The notes beneath the pieces were generated by a model, which saw only the letters and a program-made list of their open reading frames with translations, searched no databases and was not told the origin of the DNA. A stretch of DNA of 53,542 nt from Chloroflexota bacterium (GTDB lineage: Bacteria > Chloroflexota > Dehalococcoidia > JACPPY01), in contig JBFMDE010000001.1 in assembly GCA_040754215.1 (NCBI GenBank), forward strand, positions 18,656 to 72,197, in the 5' to 3' direction. The first letter of the stretch is position 1; every line of letters begins with the position of its first letter. The position numbers were made by a program, and so were the translations under genes. Below are positions 9,601-19,548 of the stretch, in pieces.

Positions 9601-10782
9601 TCACCCGGAGGCGTTTTGTCGGCTCCTGGTTTCGAGCCACTTCTGTTTCTGCGTTATGCGCACCTGCTCGTCTGACGGCTGGTAGCGGTCCAGGAACTCT
9701 TTCTTGAAGGAGTCAAAGCTGCCTGCGGAGAGCGAGCTTCTGACCTGGGCCATCAGGCACACCATGAAGCGCACGTTGTGCAGGGTGGCCAGCCGGTAGG
9801 CGAGCATTTCCTCACATTTGAACAGGTGGTGGAGATAGGCCACAGGGAAGGTACGGCAGGTGTAGCAGTCGCAGCTCTGGTCCAGCGGACGGTCGCTTAG
9901 CCTGTACTCCGCGTTGCGCAAGTTGAATCTCCCTGCGTTGGTGTACACACCGCCATGGCGCGCCACGCGGGTAGGAAGGGCACTGTCGAACAGGTCCACA
10001 CCCCTGGCCACTGCCCGGATGATGTCGTCCGGGGCACCTACCCCCATCAGGTAGCGTGGCCGGTCAGCGGGCAGGAGAGCGACCACCTCCTCTATGAGTG
10101 TCCACATCAGCGCCTTCGGTTCGCCTATGCTCAGGCCGCCTATGGCATATCCAGGAAAGCCAAGAGCGGTGAGAAAGCGGGCAGACTCTCTCCTCAAGGT
10201 CATGCTGGTGCCTCCCTGGACGATGGCATACAGGGCCTGGTCGCTTCTCCTGTGGCTGTTCAGGCACCTTATTGCCCATCGGTGTGTCCTCTCCATGGCC
10301 TCGCGGGTGCTGGCCTCGTCGAGGTCATGGCGATGACACTCGTCGAGGGTCATGATGATGTCTGCCCCGAGCCCCTCTTGGACTTCGATGGCTATCTCGG
10401 GTGCGAGGAAGTATTCAGTCCCGTCAATGTGAGAGCGGAAGGCTATCCCTTTATCGTCAACGTGGCGCAGCGCTGCCAGGCTAAAGACCTGGTAGCCACC
10501 GCTGTCGGTCAGTATGGGGCCATCCCAGCCTGTGAACCGGTGAATCCCACCCAGTCCTTCAACCACCTGGATACCTGGTCTGAGGAACAGATGGTAAGCA
10601 TTTCCCAGGATGATGTCCACGCCAGTCGACCTCAGGTCGGCTGGCGAGAGGGTTTTCACAGTTCCCTGGCTGCCCACGGGCATGAACGCTGGCGTGGGAA
10701 CCATACCATGGCTGGTTGTTAGCTCTCCAGCCCTGGCCATCGTGAGCGGACAGCTTGCCTTAGCTTTCCACGCATGACTCAT
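9601..10782 (-). CDS. tgt: Queuine tRNA-ribosyltransferase (tRNA-guanine transglycosylase)
   Basis: ARAGELTTSHGMVPTPAFMPVGSQGTVK, LGNAYHL, DSGGYQV, and the zinc motif CDCYTC...H. Confidence 0.95.
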   Translation of the reverse strand: MSHAWKAKASCPLTMARAGELTTSHGMVPTPAFMPVGSQGTVKTLSPADLRSTGVDIILGNAYHLFLRPGIQVVEGLGGIHRFTGWDGPILTDSGGYQVFSLAALRHVDDKGIAFRSHIDGTEYFLAPEIAIEVQEGLGADIIMTLDECHRHDLDEASTREAMERTHRWAIRCLNSHRRSDQALYAIVQGGTSMTLRRESARFLTALGFPGYAIGGLSIGEPKALMWTLIEEVVALLPADRPRYLMGVGAPDDIIRAVARGVDLFDSALPTRVARHGGVYTNAGRFNLRNAEYRLSDRPLDQSCDCYTCRTFPVAYLHHLFKCEEMLAYRLATLHNVRFMVCLMAQVRSSLSAGSFDSFKKEFLDRYQPSDEQVRITQKQKWLETRSRQNASG

Positions 10783-10800
10783 ATCATGTCACATGCATCT

Positions 10801-11355
10801 TCAGGCAGTGGTCGTGATCTCGAGGCGGTCTTCTCTGGTCAAAGACAGGACGTTGACCTGAGCGTTAGTGTAAATGCAAATCCTGGCTGCGATCCCCATC
10901 GCGATGCGTGCTATCTCTGAGGCGCTGAGACCGGAGTGTTTGAGCAGTGCCATCGCGGCCGCCTGAGCTTGGCTGCCACCAGAGCCGATACCCACAACGT
11001 CCTCATCGGGTTCGATCACGTCACCCTCGCCGGACAGTACCAGAAGGTTGTCGCGGTCGGCGGCTACCAGCCAGGCATCCAGACGGCGCAGCACCCTGTC
11101 GGTGCGCCACTCCTTCGCCAGTTCAACGGCTGCCTTTCTTAGTTGCCCGCTGTGTTTTTCGAGGTGGTTCTCGAACCGTTCGAACAAGGTAAGGGCGTCT
11201 GCCACTGCCCCTGCAAAGCCAGCGATTATCTGCCCATGGTATAGCGTACGGAGCTTGTTGGCCGTATGTTTCATCACCATCTCGCCCACTGTTACCTGTC
11301 CATCTCCGGCGATAGCCACCTCTTCGCCGCGCTTCACTGCCAGTATTGTAGTCAT
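10801..11355 (-). CDS. hslV: ATP-dependent protease subunit HslV
   Basis: [22 protein letters not shown] (N-terminal Thr nucleophile), 184 aa, [11 protein letters not shown] motif. Confidence 0.9.
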   Translation of the reverse strand: MTTILAVKRGEEVAIAGDGQVTVGEMVMKHTANKLRTLYHGQIIAGFAGAVADALTLFERFENHLEKHSGQLRKAAVELAKEWRTDRVLRRLDAWLVAADRDNLLVLSGEGDVIEPDEDVVGIGSGGSQAQAAAMALLKHSGLSASEIARIAMGIAARICIYTNAQVNVLSLTREDRLEITTTA

Positions 11356-11412
11356 CCTTCAGCCTCTTATTGTTCTCCAGCTTGCCCTGCACGTCTAGCA
11401 GTCGTTTGCTGT

Positions 11413-11421
11413 ATTATATCA
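11413..11421 (-). promoter_or_regulatory. Extended -10 promoter (TGaTATAAT) for hslV-tgt
   Basis: The minus strand reads ggTGaTATAATac, about 58 nt upstream of the hslV ATG. No good -35. Confidence 0.4.
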
Positions 11422-11456
11422 CCCGCCCATGAGGCATCACATGCTTCGTGTCCGCA

Positions 11457-11465
11457 TGGTACAAT
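11457..11465 (+). promoter_or_regulatory. Extended -10 promoter (TGgTACAAT) for the FAD-oxidoreductase/NDH-2 pair
   Basis: cgcaTGgTACAATtg, 30 nt upstream of ATG 11495. It lies inside the longer ORF call (11429), which argues for the 11495 start. Confidence 0.4.
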
Positions 11466-11494
11466 TGTTTACGCTTGGTGAGACAGAGGTGGTG

Positions 11495-12787
11495 ATGTTG
11501 AGTAACCGGTTGGAGAATGGCTCCAGAGTAGGTGTCATAGGAGGAGGGCCAGCGGGAAGCTTCTTCGCCCTCTTCCTTCTCAAGTATGCCAGGGCGAAAG
11601 GGGTCGACCTTGAGGTGGACATCTATGAGTGGAGGTCATTCTCTGACCCAGGTCCCAAGGGGTGCAACCGCTGTGCTGGCATACTATCGGCCTCTCTGCT
11701 CAAGAACCTCAAGGAACTCGACCTCGTTGTGCCCGAGGAGGTCATCCGTGTCCACATCTCCTCCTACTATCTGCACAGCCCCTTTGGCGTCATTCACGTA
11801 GACAACCCCGACCCAGGGGCCGAGATACTGAGCGTGTTCCGGGGAGGCGGGCCATGGCACAACCCTGGAGAGAAGATGGCCAGTTTCGACGGCTTCCTCA
11901 TTGAGCAGGCACGTTCGCAGGGAGCAAGTGTTCAGGCCCGTCGCGTGCAGCAAGTGAGAGTTTTCCCGAGGCCTGGTGTCGTGTTGGACGATGGCATCAG
12001 GCCCTATGACCTTCTGGTCCTGGCCAGTGGCCTGAACAGCGGCTCGGTGGAGGTCAAGGGCCCGCTGTACTCTCCAGCGACCACATTGACCATGAGCCAG
12101 GATGAGCTGTATGTCAGGAAAGAAGATATCCAGGAGTACTTCGGTACCGGCGTTCGCGTCTTCCTTATCCCGCATTCCGACCTGGTCTTTGGCACCCTGG
12201 TGCCGAAGGGGAACTTCATAAACGTGTCGTTGCTGGGTAAGGGAGGACCCCCGGACCTGGAGGGTTTCCTTGACCACGATATTGTGAGGAGGGCAATGCC
12301 CTTCCCGTACCAGAGGTCCTGTGGCTGCCGCCCCCGAATCGCCGTCGGCATGGCATCCCGCTACTATACCGACGGCTTCGTGGCTGTCGGGGATGCAGCG
12401 GTGTCGCGGCTTTACAAGGATGGCATTGGTTCTGCTTTCCTCACCGCGCGCAAGGCGGCCCAGGTTGCCCTATACCATGGTGTGTCTCGAGGCGATTTCC
12501 ACAAGCACTACGCTCCCTTTACTCGCGCCTTGCACCATGACAACCTGCTGGGACACCTGCTTTTTGCCCTTCATCATCGCACCAAGGACTCCTCTCCATT
12601 CTTCCGAGCACATTCGAGGTTGATTGACTCAGAGAGGTCGCTCTCTGCCCCTGCGCAGGTCTTTAGCCGCGTACTCTGGGGCATGTTCACCGGGAGCTAT
12701 ACATACCGCGAGATCTGGGGCATGGTCGCCGATGCCGGTGCCATCGCTCGCTTGGCTCAAGAGTATGTGAAGGAGAAGCTGACTTGA
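11495..12787 (+). CDS. FAD-dependent oxidoreductase (geranylgeranyl-reductase-like family)
   Basis: RVGVIGGGPAGSFFALFL dinucleotide-binding motif at the N-terminus, and VAVGDAA later. Start ATG 11495 preceded by AGAGGTGG. Confidence 0.7.
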   Translation: MLSNRLENGSRVGVIGGGPAGSFFALFLLKYARAKGVDLEVDIYEWRSFSDPGPKGCNRCAGILSASLLKNLKELDLVVPEEVIRVHISSYYLHSPFGVIHVDNPDPGAEILSVFRGGGPWHNPGEKMASFDGFLIEQARSQGASVQARRVQQVRVFPRPGVVLDDGIRPYDLLVLASGLNSGSVEVKGPLYSPATTLTMSQDELYVRKEDIQEYFGTGVRVFLIPHSDLVFGTLVPKGNFINVSLLGKGGPPDLEGFLDHDIVRRAMPFPYQRSCGCRPRIAVGMASRYYTDGFVAVGDAAVSRLYKDGIGSAFLTARKAAQVALYHGVSRGDFHKHYAPFTRALHHDNLLGHLLFALHHRTKDSSPFFRAHSRLIDSERSLSAPAQVFSRVLWGMFTGSYTYREIWGMVADAGAIARLAQEYVKEKLT

Positions 12788-14064
12788 AACGGAAAGACGG
12801 TATCACAGAGATTGTGGTTCTCGGCGGAGGTTTTGGCGGCGTCTACTCGGTAATCCGTCTGGAGCGGGCCTTGCGTCGCGACCTGAGCAAGAACATCACC
12901 CTTGTCAGCGATGAGAACTTCCTTCTCTACACTCCCCTTCTGCATGAGGTAGCGACAGGTGGCGTGGAAACACGGCACATCGCATACCCCATACGGCGTC
13001 TCCTCAGCAGACGGCGATTCAGCTTCCGCCGCAGTCGGGTACTGAAGATAGACCTTGCCGACAGAAAAGTAACGACGAGCGGTGGCATACTCAGCTACGA
13101 CTATCTGATTCTTGCGCTGGGCAGCACTACAGACTTGAGTAACCTCCCGAATGCTAGTGCTAACGTCTTCACGCTGAAGAACCTACACGATGGTATGGTC
13201 ATCAGGAACCACATCATTCGCATGTTCGAACTGGCTGACGCTGAGACAGACCTGAAGCGTAAGAAGCAGTTGCTCACCTTCGTCGTGGTCGGTGCTGGAT
13301 ACACCGGTGTGCAACTAGTGACAGAGGTCAGAAGCTTCATTGACCGGTCTCTCATCAGGGGTTATAGGAACATTGACCCTGCAGCGGTGAGCGTGAAACT
13401 TGTCGAAGAGAGGGGATACGTCCTTTCAGGAGAAGACGCTCGATTGTCCGCCACTGCGCTGAGGTTACTCCGACACCAGGGTGTGGGAGTACGGCTGGGC
13501 TCGCGGGTCACCCGGTTGTGGGACCATGGTATGGAACTCGACCATTTGGAGACGGAACCTACCGGGACGGTGGTCTGGACTGCAGGGGTAGTGGCGAATC
13601 CTGTAGTTGCAGCGCTCCCGGTGGAAAAGGATGAGAAGGGGCGTGTGATAGTTGACCAGTACCTGCGCATCCCCGAGTATCCGATGGTCTATGCCCTCGG
13701 CGATAACGCCCACTTCGCCGACCCCAAGACGGGTGCGGTGTTGCCTCCTCGAGCTCACTACGCTGTACGACAGCCAAGAGTGGTTGTTGCCAACATACTA
13801 GCCGACCTCGATGGGAGGGGGCTGAGACCTTACCGGTACCAGCCAGCATCGGAGCTGGTCTCACTGGGACCGCGGAATGCCGCCATGAACCTGTACGGTG
13901 TACACCTGTCCGGGCTGCTAGCCCGCATTGTCTGGCTGGTGGGCTACTTGAGCATCATGATGGGTTCCTATAACAGGACCCGCGTGGCGCTTGACTGGTT
14001 GCTGGCGCTCATCTTTGGCCGCGACAATACCCTGCTCTCGGTGGAACGGCAGCGATTGCCCTGA
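12784..14064 (+). CDS. Type II NADH dehydrogenase (NDH-2)-like FAD/NAD oxidoreductase
   Basis: IVVLGGGFGGVY, LLYTPLLHEVATG, VVVGAGYTGVQ, and ALGDNAHF motifs. TTG start overlaps the upstream stop (TTGA). Confidence 0.8.
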   Translation: MKRKDGITEIVVLGGGFGGVYSVIRLERALRRDLSKNITLVSDENFLLYTPLLHEVATGGVETRHIAYPIRRLLSRRRFSFRRSRVLKIDLADRKVTTSGGILSYDYLILALGSTTDLSNLPNASANVFTLKNLHDGMVIRNHIIRMFELADAETDLKRKKQLLTFVVVGAGYTGVQLVTEVRSFIDRSLIRGYRNIDPAAVSVKLVEERGYVLSGEDARLSATALRLLRHQGVGVRLGSRVTRLWDHGMELDHLETEPTGTVVWTAGVVANPVVAALPVEKDEKGRVIVDQYLRIPEYPMVYALGDNAHFADPKTGAVLPPRAHYAVRQPRVVVANILADLDGRGLRPYRYQPASELVSLGPRNAAMNLYGVHLSGLLARIVWLVGYLSIMMGSYNRTRVALDWLLALIFGRDNTLLSVERQRLP

Positions 14065-14073
14065 CGAGCTTGT

Positions 14074-15351
14074 CTACTTCCACACCCTCTTGTCTACCAC
14101 CTTCTTCACCTGGTCGTCTGGGATAGAGCCAAGGGGAACGAACTCCACCGAGTCGGGTCTGAGGTGGCACAGCTCAGGGAACTTGCTGAGAATACCTTCT
14201 CTAATCTGTGCAACGTCCCCAGCACCCTGGTCCAACTCGACCTTCAGGGTCAACTCGTCTCGCTGACCAGGACGGGTCACAAGCACAGTCCATCGGGAGA
14301 TGATGGGGAAGCGAGACATCACTTCATCCACCTGCTTGGGGTGAACGAACATACCCCTTATCTTAGCTGCTTCACCTACCCTGCCCACTATCTTGACCAG
14401 ACGGTTGGAGGTGCGGCCGCAGGGGCATGGCTCTTCGGTATACAGGGACAGGTCACCGGTGGCGAAGCGGATCCAGGGATAGACCCTCACGTCGAGGGTA
14501 GTGACGACGATCTCTCCGACCTCACCCGGTCCCAGCCTTGTCTTGGTAACCGGGTCCAGTATTTCTATGATCGTCTCCTCGCACATGTGGAACCCGTTCT
14601 TGTGGCGGCATTCGTAGGCAAAGAGGCCGACATCGGCCGTGCCATACGACTGGATGATGTCAACCCCGTAGCTCTCCAGTGTAGCCCTCATGGAAGGACT
14701 CAGCATCTCGGCTGTGGTCAATGCCTTGCGCAAACGGAACTGCTTGTGGAAGTCGTAGCCCATCTCCTGGGCCTTGGTGATGAGGGTATAGAGGAAGCTA
14801 GGCGTTCCGATGTAGGCAGTGACGCCGAGGTCGTGCAGTATCCTGACCTGCAACTCGGTGTTCCCCGGCCCTGCTGGCACTGCTGTAGCCCCCAGACGCC
14901 TCGCCGCAGTATGGAGCCACAAGCCGGCCGGAACCAGGTGATATGACAGAGTGCAGGTGATGATGTCCCCTCTGCCAACGCCTGTCGCATGCAAGCACTT
15001 CAGCAGCCTAGCCCAGAAGGCGTCTGAGGGGTCCTGGGGCTCGAAGATCGGTCCTGGGGAACAGTATATCGTTTCGACATCCTGCATGGGGATGGATAGG
15101 AAACCACCGAACGGCGGGTTCTTCTCCTGTAGGCGCCTGAGCTCATCCTTGGTGGTGAGCGGGACACGCTGGAGGCCCTCGAGCATTCTTATGTCAGCCG
15201 GTCGAATGCCTGCGGCGTCGAACTTCTCCTTCACACCTGAACAGCGTGCGTAGGTGTATTTGAGAAGGTCACGCAGAGCCTTGAGTTGGAAGGCAGTCCT
15301 TTCCTCCGGAGACATGGTCTCGATACTAGCGTTGAAGTATTGGGCTCCCAT
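14074..15351 (-). CDS. Phenylacetate-CoA ligase-like (PaaK / coenzyme F390 synthetase family) adenylating enzyme
   Basis: About 425 aa. LPLTTKDELR, SYGTADVG and GRTSNRLVKIVGRVGEAAKIRGMFVHP are typical of the PaaK family. ATG 15351 follows GGAGGTG. Confidence 0.8.
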   Translation of the reverse strand: MGAQYFNASIETMSPEERTAFQLKALRDLLKYTYARCSGVKEKFDAAGIRPADIRMLEGLQRVPLTTKDELRRLQEKNPPFGGFLSIPMQDVETIYCSPGPIFEPQDPSDAFWARLLKCLHATGVGRGDIITCTLSYHLVPAGLWLHTAARRLGATAVPAGPGNTELQVRILHDLGVTAYIGTPSFLYTLITKAQEMGYDFHKQFRLRKALTTAEMLSPSMRATLESYGVDIIQSYGTADVGLFAYECRHKNGFHMCEETIIEILDPVTKTRLGPGEVGEIVVTTLDVRVYPWIRFATGDLSLYTEEPCPCGRTSNRLVKIVGRVGEAAKIRGMFVHPKQVDEVMSRFPIISRWTVLVTRPGQRDELTLKVELDQGAGDVAQIREGILSKFPELCHLRPDSVEFVPLGSIPDDQVKKVVDKRVWK

Positions 15352-15444
15352 GTCACCTCCCACTCATCTCTTTGGCCCCAGGCTGGCCTTTCTGTGTCGT
15401 CATCCGTTCCCGCAGCACGAGTGCATGGCAGTGCAGCGTCAGAG

Positions 15445-16239
15445 CTAGCCCAACCACCTCTTGCGCCTCTTGTAGTGCTTCACTTCGCGGTAGCTCTTGC
15501 GCTTGCCCACCTCGGTGAGGCCGAGGTAGAACTCCCTTACGTCCTGGTTGTCTCGCAGCTTCTCCGCCGGGCCATCGAGCACGATCCTGCCGTTCTCCAT
15601 CACGTAGCCGTAGTCTGAAACCTCAAGGGCGGCACGGGCATTCTGCTCTACCAGCAGTATAGCTGCCTTCTCCTCCTTGTTGATGCGGCGCACGATCTCG
15701 AAGATCTCCGTAGTCAGTATCGGGCTGAGGCCCAGCGATGGCTCGTCGAGCAACATCAGCCGCGGATGCGACATCAGGGCACGCCCCACCACCAGCATCT
15801 GCTGCTCTCCTCCAGAGAGGTAGCCACTGATGGAGCGGTGAAGCAGCTTCAGCTTGGGGAAGTAGCCGTACACCATCTCGATGTCATCCTTGACGCTGCT
15901 GCCATCCCGACGCACCCCTGCACCTACCCTCAGGTTCTCCTCCACGGTGAGGTGCTCAAAGAGTCGGCGTCCCTCCATCACCTGCACGATCCCCAGGCGC
16001 ACGATGTCCTCGGGCGTCATGCCGTTGATCTTCTTGCCATCCCATTGGATAGAGCCATCGGTCACATGGCCCTCCTCGGTTTCCAGCAACCCGGAGATGG
16101 CCTTGAGCGTGGTAGTCTTTCCCGCGCCGTTGGCTCCAAGCAGAGCGACGATGGAGCCATCCGGTACCTTGAGGGAGACACCACGTAGTACCAGGATGAC
16201 ATTCATATAGACCACTTCAATGCTATTTACCTCCAACAC
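15445..16239 (-). CDS. ABC transporter ATP-binding protein, LivF-type, with basic C-terminal tail
   Basis: LLGANGAGKTTTLK (Walker A), LSGGEQQML (signature), LMLLDEPS (Walker B). Extra tail KSYREVKHYKRRKRWLG. TTG start 8 nt after GAGGAGGTG. Confidence 0.9.
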   Translation of the reverse strand: MLEVNSIEVVYMNVILVLRGVSLKVPDGSIVALLGANGAGKTTTLKAISGLLETEEGHVTDGSIQWDGKKINGMTPEDIVRLGIVQVMEGRRLFEHLTVEENLRVGAGVRRDGSSVKDDIEMVYGYFPKLKLLHRSISGYLSGGEQQMLVVGRALMSHPRLMLLDEPSLGLSPILTTEIFEIVRRINKEEKAAILLVEQNARAALEVSDYGYVMENGRIVLDGPAEKLRDNQDVREFYLGLTEVGKRKSYREVKHYKRRKRWLG

Positions 16240-16278
16240 AGGGACACCTCCTCTGACAGCTCTGAAGAGCGAGACTGC

Positions 16279-18234
16279 CTAGACCACCGACTTCACCCTG
16301 ATGGTGGTCTTTATGATGCCGGTACGGCCATCACGGTACTTCACCGGCGCCTCGATGTCGAAGCCCTCTTTGCCTCCGTATATAGCCCCTATCACGTCCG
16401 CATACCGGTTCTCCACAAACTTCCGCCGCAGCTTCCGCGACCGCGTGAGCTCCGCCTCGTCCGGGTCGAACTCCTTGTGCAGGTTGACGAACTTCCTCAC
16501 CTTCATCTCGTCCGGCAGATACCGGTTCACCCGCTCCATGTCCTTCAGTATCAGGTCGTAAACCTGCTCCTTCTGCGATAGGTCCACAAAGGTGGTGTAG
16601 TTGATGCGGTGCTCCTCGGCCCAGTCGCTCACGTTCTCAAAGTCTATGTTCACCATCGCCGAGACAAAAGGCTTGTCCGGCCCTCCCATCACCATCACAT
16701 CCTTGACGTACGGGCTGAACCGTAGCTTCCCTTCTATGTACGACGGGGCAAACTTCCTCCCCGAGGACAGCTCCACCATCTCCTTTATGCGGTCGTAGAA
16801 CACGAGGTGGCCCTTCTCATTGATGTGCCCCGAGTCCCCGGTGTGCAGCCAGCCCTCGGAGTCTATGAGCTCCCTGGTAGCCTCCGGGTCCTTGTAGTAC
16901 CCTTTGGAGCGCAGCGGTCCGGTGAGGAGTATTTCGCCCTGTGGACTGATCCTGACCCAGTCCATATGGATAGGCCGGCCTACCGTCTCCGGGTCAATGT
17001 CATCATCGGTATGGAAGCAGAACACGCCGCCCTCGGTGAGGCCATAAAGTTGCTTCAGGTTCACTCCGATGGCGTGGAAGAACTTCAGGGTGTCGGCGCT
17101 CAGTGAAGAGCCAGCCTGGAATCCGGACCTGAGCCGCAGCATCCCCAGCTTGTCCCGCAGAGGCCGGAACACAAGCCAGTCGGCGATGGAGAAGAGCCCC
17201 CTCTCAATGATGGAGGGCCTTTTCCCTTGAAACTTCAAGTCGGCCCTACGGTACCCGACTCGGAGAAACGTGTTGAACAACCATCTTTTCAGCCGGGTAG
17301 TATCGTTGTTCTTCGACTGCGTTAGCGAGGCGTAGTTCTCCCAGAGGCGAGCACCCATGAACAGTATCTGCGGTCCGACCTCACGGATGTTCTCGGTTAC
17401 GGTCTCTGGTTCCTCGGGGAAATTCACCTCGGTGCCGGAGAGCAGACAGCCGGCGATGCCGGTGATCTGCTCCGCGCCCCAGGCCGGCGGCACGAAGGAA
17501 AGCCAGACATCGTTGTCGAACCACGGGTCCACTTCGTGCCATGCACTGGCATTTGTGATCAGGAACCCGTGCGAGAGCATCACGCCCTTTTGCTTGGCGA
17601 TACCATCCTCCGTGGCCCTGGTGGTGCCCGAGGTGTAGCACAAGACGGCGATGTCGTCCGGCTTTGTCCTGTCTATGTTCTCGTCAAAGGCTGCGGGGTG
17701 TTCCTCGTCGTATTTCTTACCCAGACCCTCCAGTTCCTCCCAGCTCATCAGGAAGGGTAGGTCGTAGTACCACAGTCCCTTGGCCTCCCAGTAGATGACC
17801 TTCTGCAACGCGGGGAGGTCGCCCTTGACCTCCAACACCTTATCCACCTGCTCCTGGTCCTTGGCAAAGACAAACTTCGCTTCAGAGTGTGACAGGAGGT
17901 ACTTGATCTCGGTGAAGTGGGCGTCAACGTACATCCCGACGGCGATGCCGCCCGCTGCCTGTGTTGCGTACTCTGCCCAGAACCACTGAGGGTCGCTGTC
18001 GCCGACGATGGCTACCACATCTCCGGGCTTGAGCCCAATACTCACCAGACCCAGCGAGACCCGGCGCACATGCTGATAGGAATCCTTCCAGGTGTACTCG
18101 TTCCAGATCCCGAACTCCTTCTTGCGCATGGCGACCTTCTTGTCGCCATACTTCTGGTACTGCGCCCGGAGCAGCTTCGGTAGAGTATCAACAGTGGCAG
18201 CAATAGCGGTATCAACAGCGATAGCCATATCCAC
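16279..18234 (-). CDS. AMP-dependent acyl-CoA synthetase/ligase (long-chain-type, 651 aa)
   Basis: YTSGTT...KGVMLSH adenylation motif (with an insertion), YGLTEGG, GWLHTGDSG, and the SGRKFAPSYIE region. Confidence 0.85.
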   Translation of the reverse strand: MDMAIAVDTAIAATVDTLPKLLRAQYQKYGDKKVAMRKKEFGIWNEYTWKDSYQHVRRVSLGLVSIGLKPGDVVAIVGDSDPQWFWAEYATQAAGGIAVGMYVDAHFTEIKYLLSHSEAKFVFAKDQEQVDKVLEVKGDLPALQKVIYWEAKGLWYYDLPFLMSWEELEGLGKKYDEEHPAAFDENIDRTKPDDIAVLCYTSGTTRATEDGIAKQKGVMLSHGFLITNASAWHEVDPWFDNDVWLSFVPPAWGAEQITGIAGCLLSGTEVNFPEEPETVTENIREVGPQILFMGARLWENYASLTQSKNNDTTRLKRWLFNTFLRVGYRRADLKFQGKRPSIIERGLFSIADWLVFRPLRDKLGMLRLRSGFQAGSSLSADTLKFFHAIGVNLKQLYGLTEGGVFCFHTDDDIDPETVGRPIHMDWVRISPQGEILLTGPLRSKGYYKDPEATRELIDSEGWLHTGDSGHINEKGHLVFYDRIKEMVELSSGRKFAPSYIEGKLRFSPYVKDVMVMGGPDKPFVSAMVNIDFENVSDWAEEHRINYTTFVDLSQKEQVYDLILKDMERVNRYLPDEMKVRKFVNLHKEFDPDEAELTRSRKLRRKFVENRYADVIGAIYGGKEGFDIEAPVKYRDGRTGIIKTTIRVKSVV

Positions 18235-18267
18235 CTACCTCATCTAGAACAACTCGGTCCTGTGGCC

Positions 18268-19548
18268 TTACTTCGGTAATTGTAGTTCCAGCACAGGGGC
18301 CTGTATCCAATCCCCGACAGGCTGGATCTTTCCTCCCTTGATCACGGCCGCCCTCAGGCGTGTGTTAAGCACAGGCCAGTTGGGGTCTACTGTGATGGGG
18401 GAAGTCACGCCACCAGTGTCAACGTTCTTCAGGTTGTGGAAGGCATCGTTTATAGCCTCTCGTGTCAGACCATCATGGCCCGTCTTCTGCAATGCCTGCT
18501 TCAGCCCCTCCACAAATGCCACAGCAGTGTAGAGTCCCTGGACTTCTAGCAGGGTGGCGTCGCGGTCGTAGTATTTTCTCATCACCTTATGTGCCAGTTT
18601 TACCCCCGGCAGGTCTTCATCTGGTGAGGCGTTGAGCGTCAGACCGTACACACCTTCTGCCGCCGCCCCAGCCAGGCGGATAACAGACTCGTCAAAGGAG
18701 GCTGAGCTTACCATCACATTCATCTTGAGGTTCAGTCTCGCCATATCCTTGAGCAAGACCACCGCACCGGCTATCTCCTGAGTCGTGTACACCCAGTCGG
18801 TGCCTGCGTTGCTCAACCTGGTGAGCTCAATGGTGACGTCTGTTGGCATCACCCGTGGGTACTCATGCATGGTGAGTTCAGCCCCGTACTTGGCCTTGAT
18901 GGCCTCAGGCGTCATGACGGCCACCATGGTGTTGGCTCCTACCCTGACGGCGGGAACTTCTACCCAGGTAAACCCAACCTTGGGCGGCCTGGCCTCCTTC
19001 CAGTTCAGTTTTAGCCACTCCAGGAAGGTCGCAGCCATGTCGGCATAGGAGGGATAGGCAACGGTAACATAGTTGGGCTGGGCTCCCAGGACGACCGGGC
19101 TGGCGTTGCCATGACACATTATCGGAATACGGTCGCGGGATGCGGGCTCGGCCAGGGGCTCAGCCGGCGTCGTGCTGATTACATAGTGCGCCATTATCCC
19201 CTTCTCTTTTTGCCTCTTGTAGATGGAGAGGGCTTTGGGCACCGAGTAGGCGTTGTCCTCCCAGATGACGTCCAGCATCACCTTGTCTTTCTCGCCGTCG
19301 GGGCCGGTGTACTCTATGCCGCCCAGCTCGTCGTTGACATATCTAAAGTATGCCAGGGCAACATAGCTCCAGGGTGCCACCGATGATGCTACTGTGCCCG
19401 TGAGGACGAGGTTCAAGCCGACCTTTATGGTCTTCTGTGGGGCTGCTGGTGCCGTCTTGGCCGCAGGCGCACAACTCGCTATGAGCAGTACGACGCTTGT
19501 CAAGACCAATAATGCCACCACCGCCATGTGGCTTAATCTCTGCTTCAC
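18268..19548 (-). CDS. LIV-family (type 1 periplasmic-binding-fold) substrate-binding lipoprotein
   Basis: Signal peptide with lipobox LLIASC. Size and position fit a Leu/Ile/Val-binding-family receptor in the ABC cluster. Start ambiguous: GTG 19548, ATG 19527 or ATG 19596, because of the duplicated initiation region. Confidence 0.8.
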   Translation of the reverse strand: MKQRLSHMAVVALLVLTSVVLLIASCAPAAKTAPAAPQKTIKVGLNLVLTGTVASSVAPWSYVALAYFRYVNDELGGIEYTGPDGEKDKVMLDVIWEDNAYSVPKALSIYKRQKEKGIMAHYVISTTPAEPLAEPASRDRIPIMCHGNASPVVLGAQPNYVTVAYPSYADMAATFLEWLKLNWKEARPPKVGFTWVEVPAVRVGANTMVAVMTPEAIKAKYGAELTMHEYPRVMPTDVTIELTRLSNAGTDWVYTTQEIAGAVVLLKDMARLNLKMNVMVSSASFDESVIRLAGAAAEGVYGLTLNASPDEDLPGVKLAHKVMRKYYDRDATLLEVQGLYTAVAFVEGLKQALQKTGHDGLTREAINDAFHNLKNVDTGGVTSPITVDPNWPVLNTRLRAAVIKGGKIQPVGDWIQAPVLELQLPK

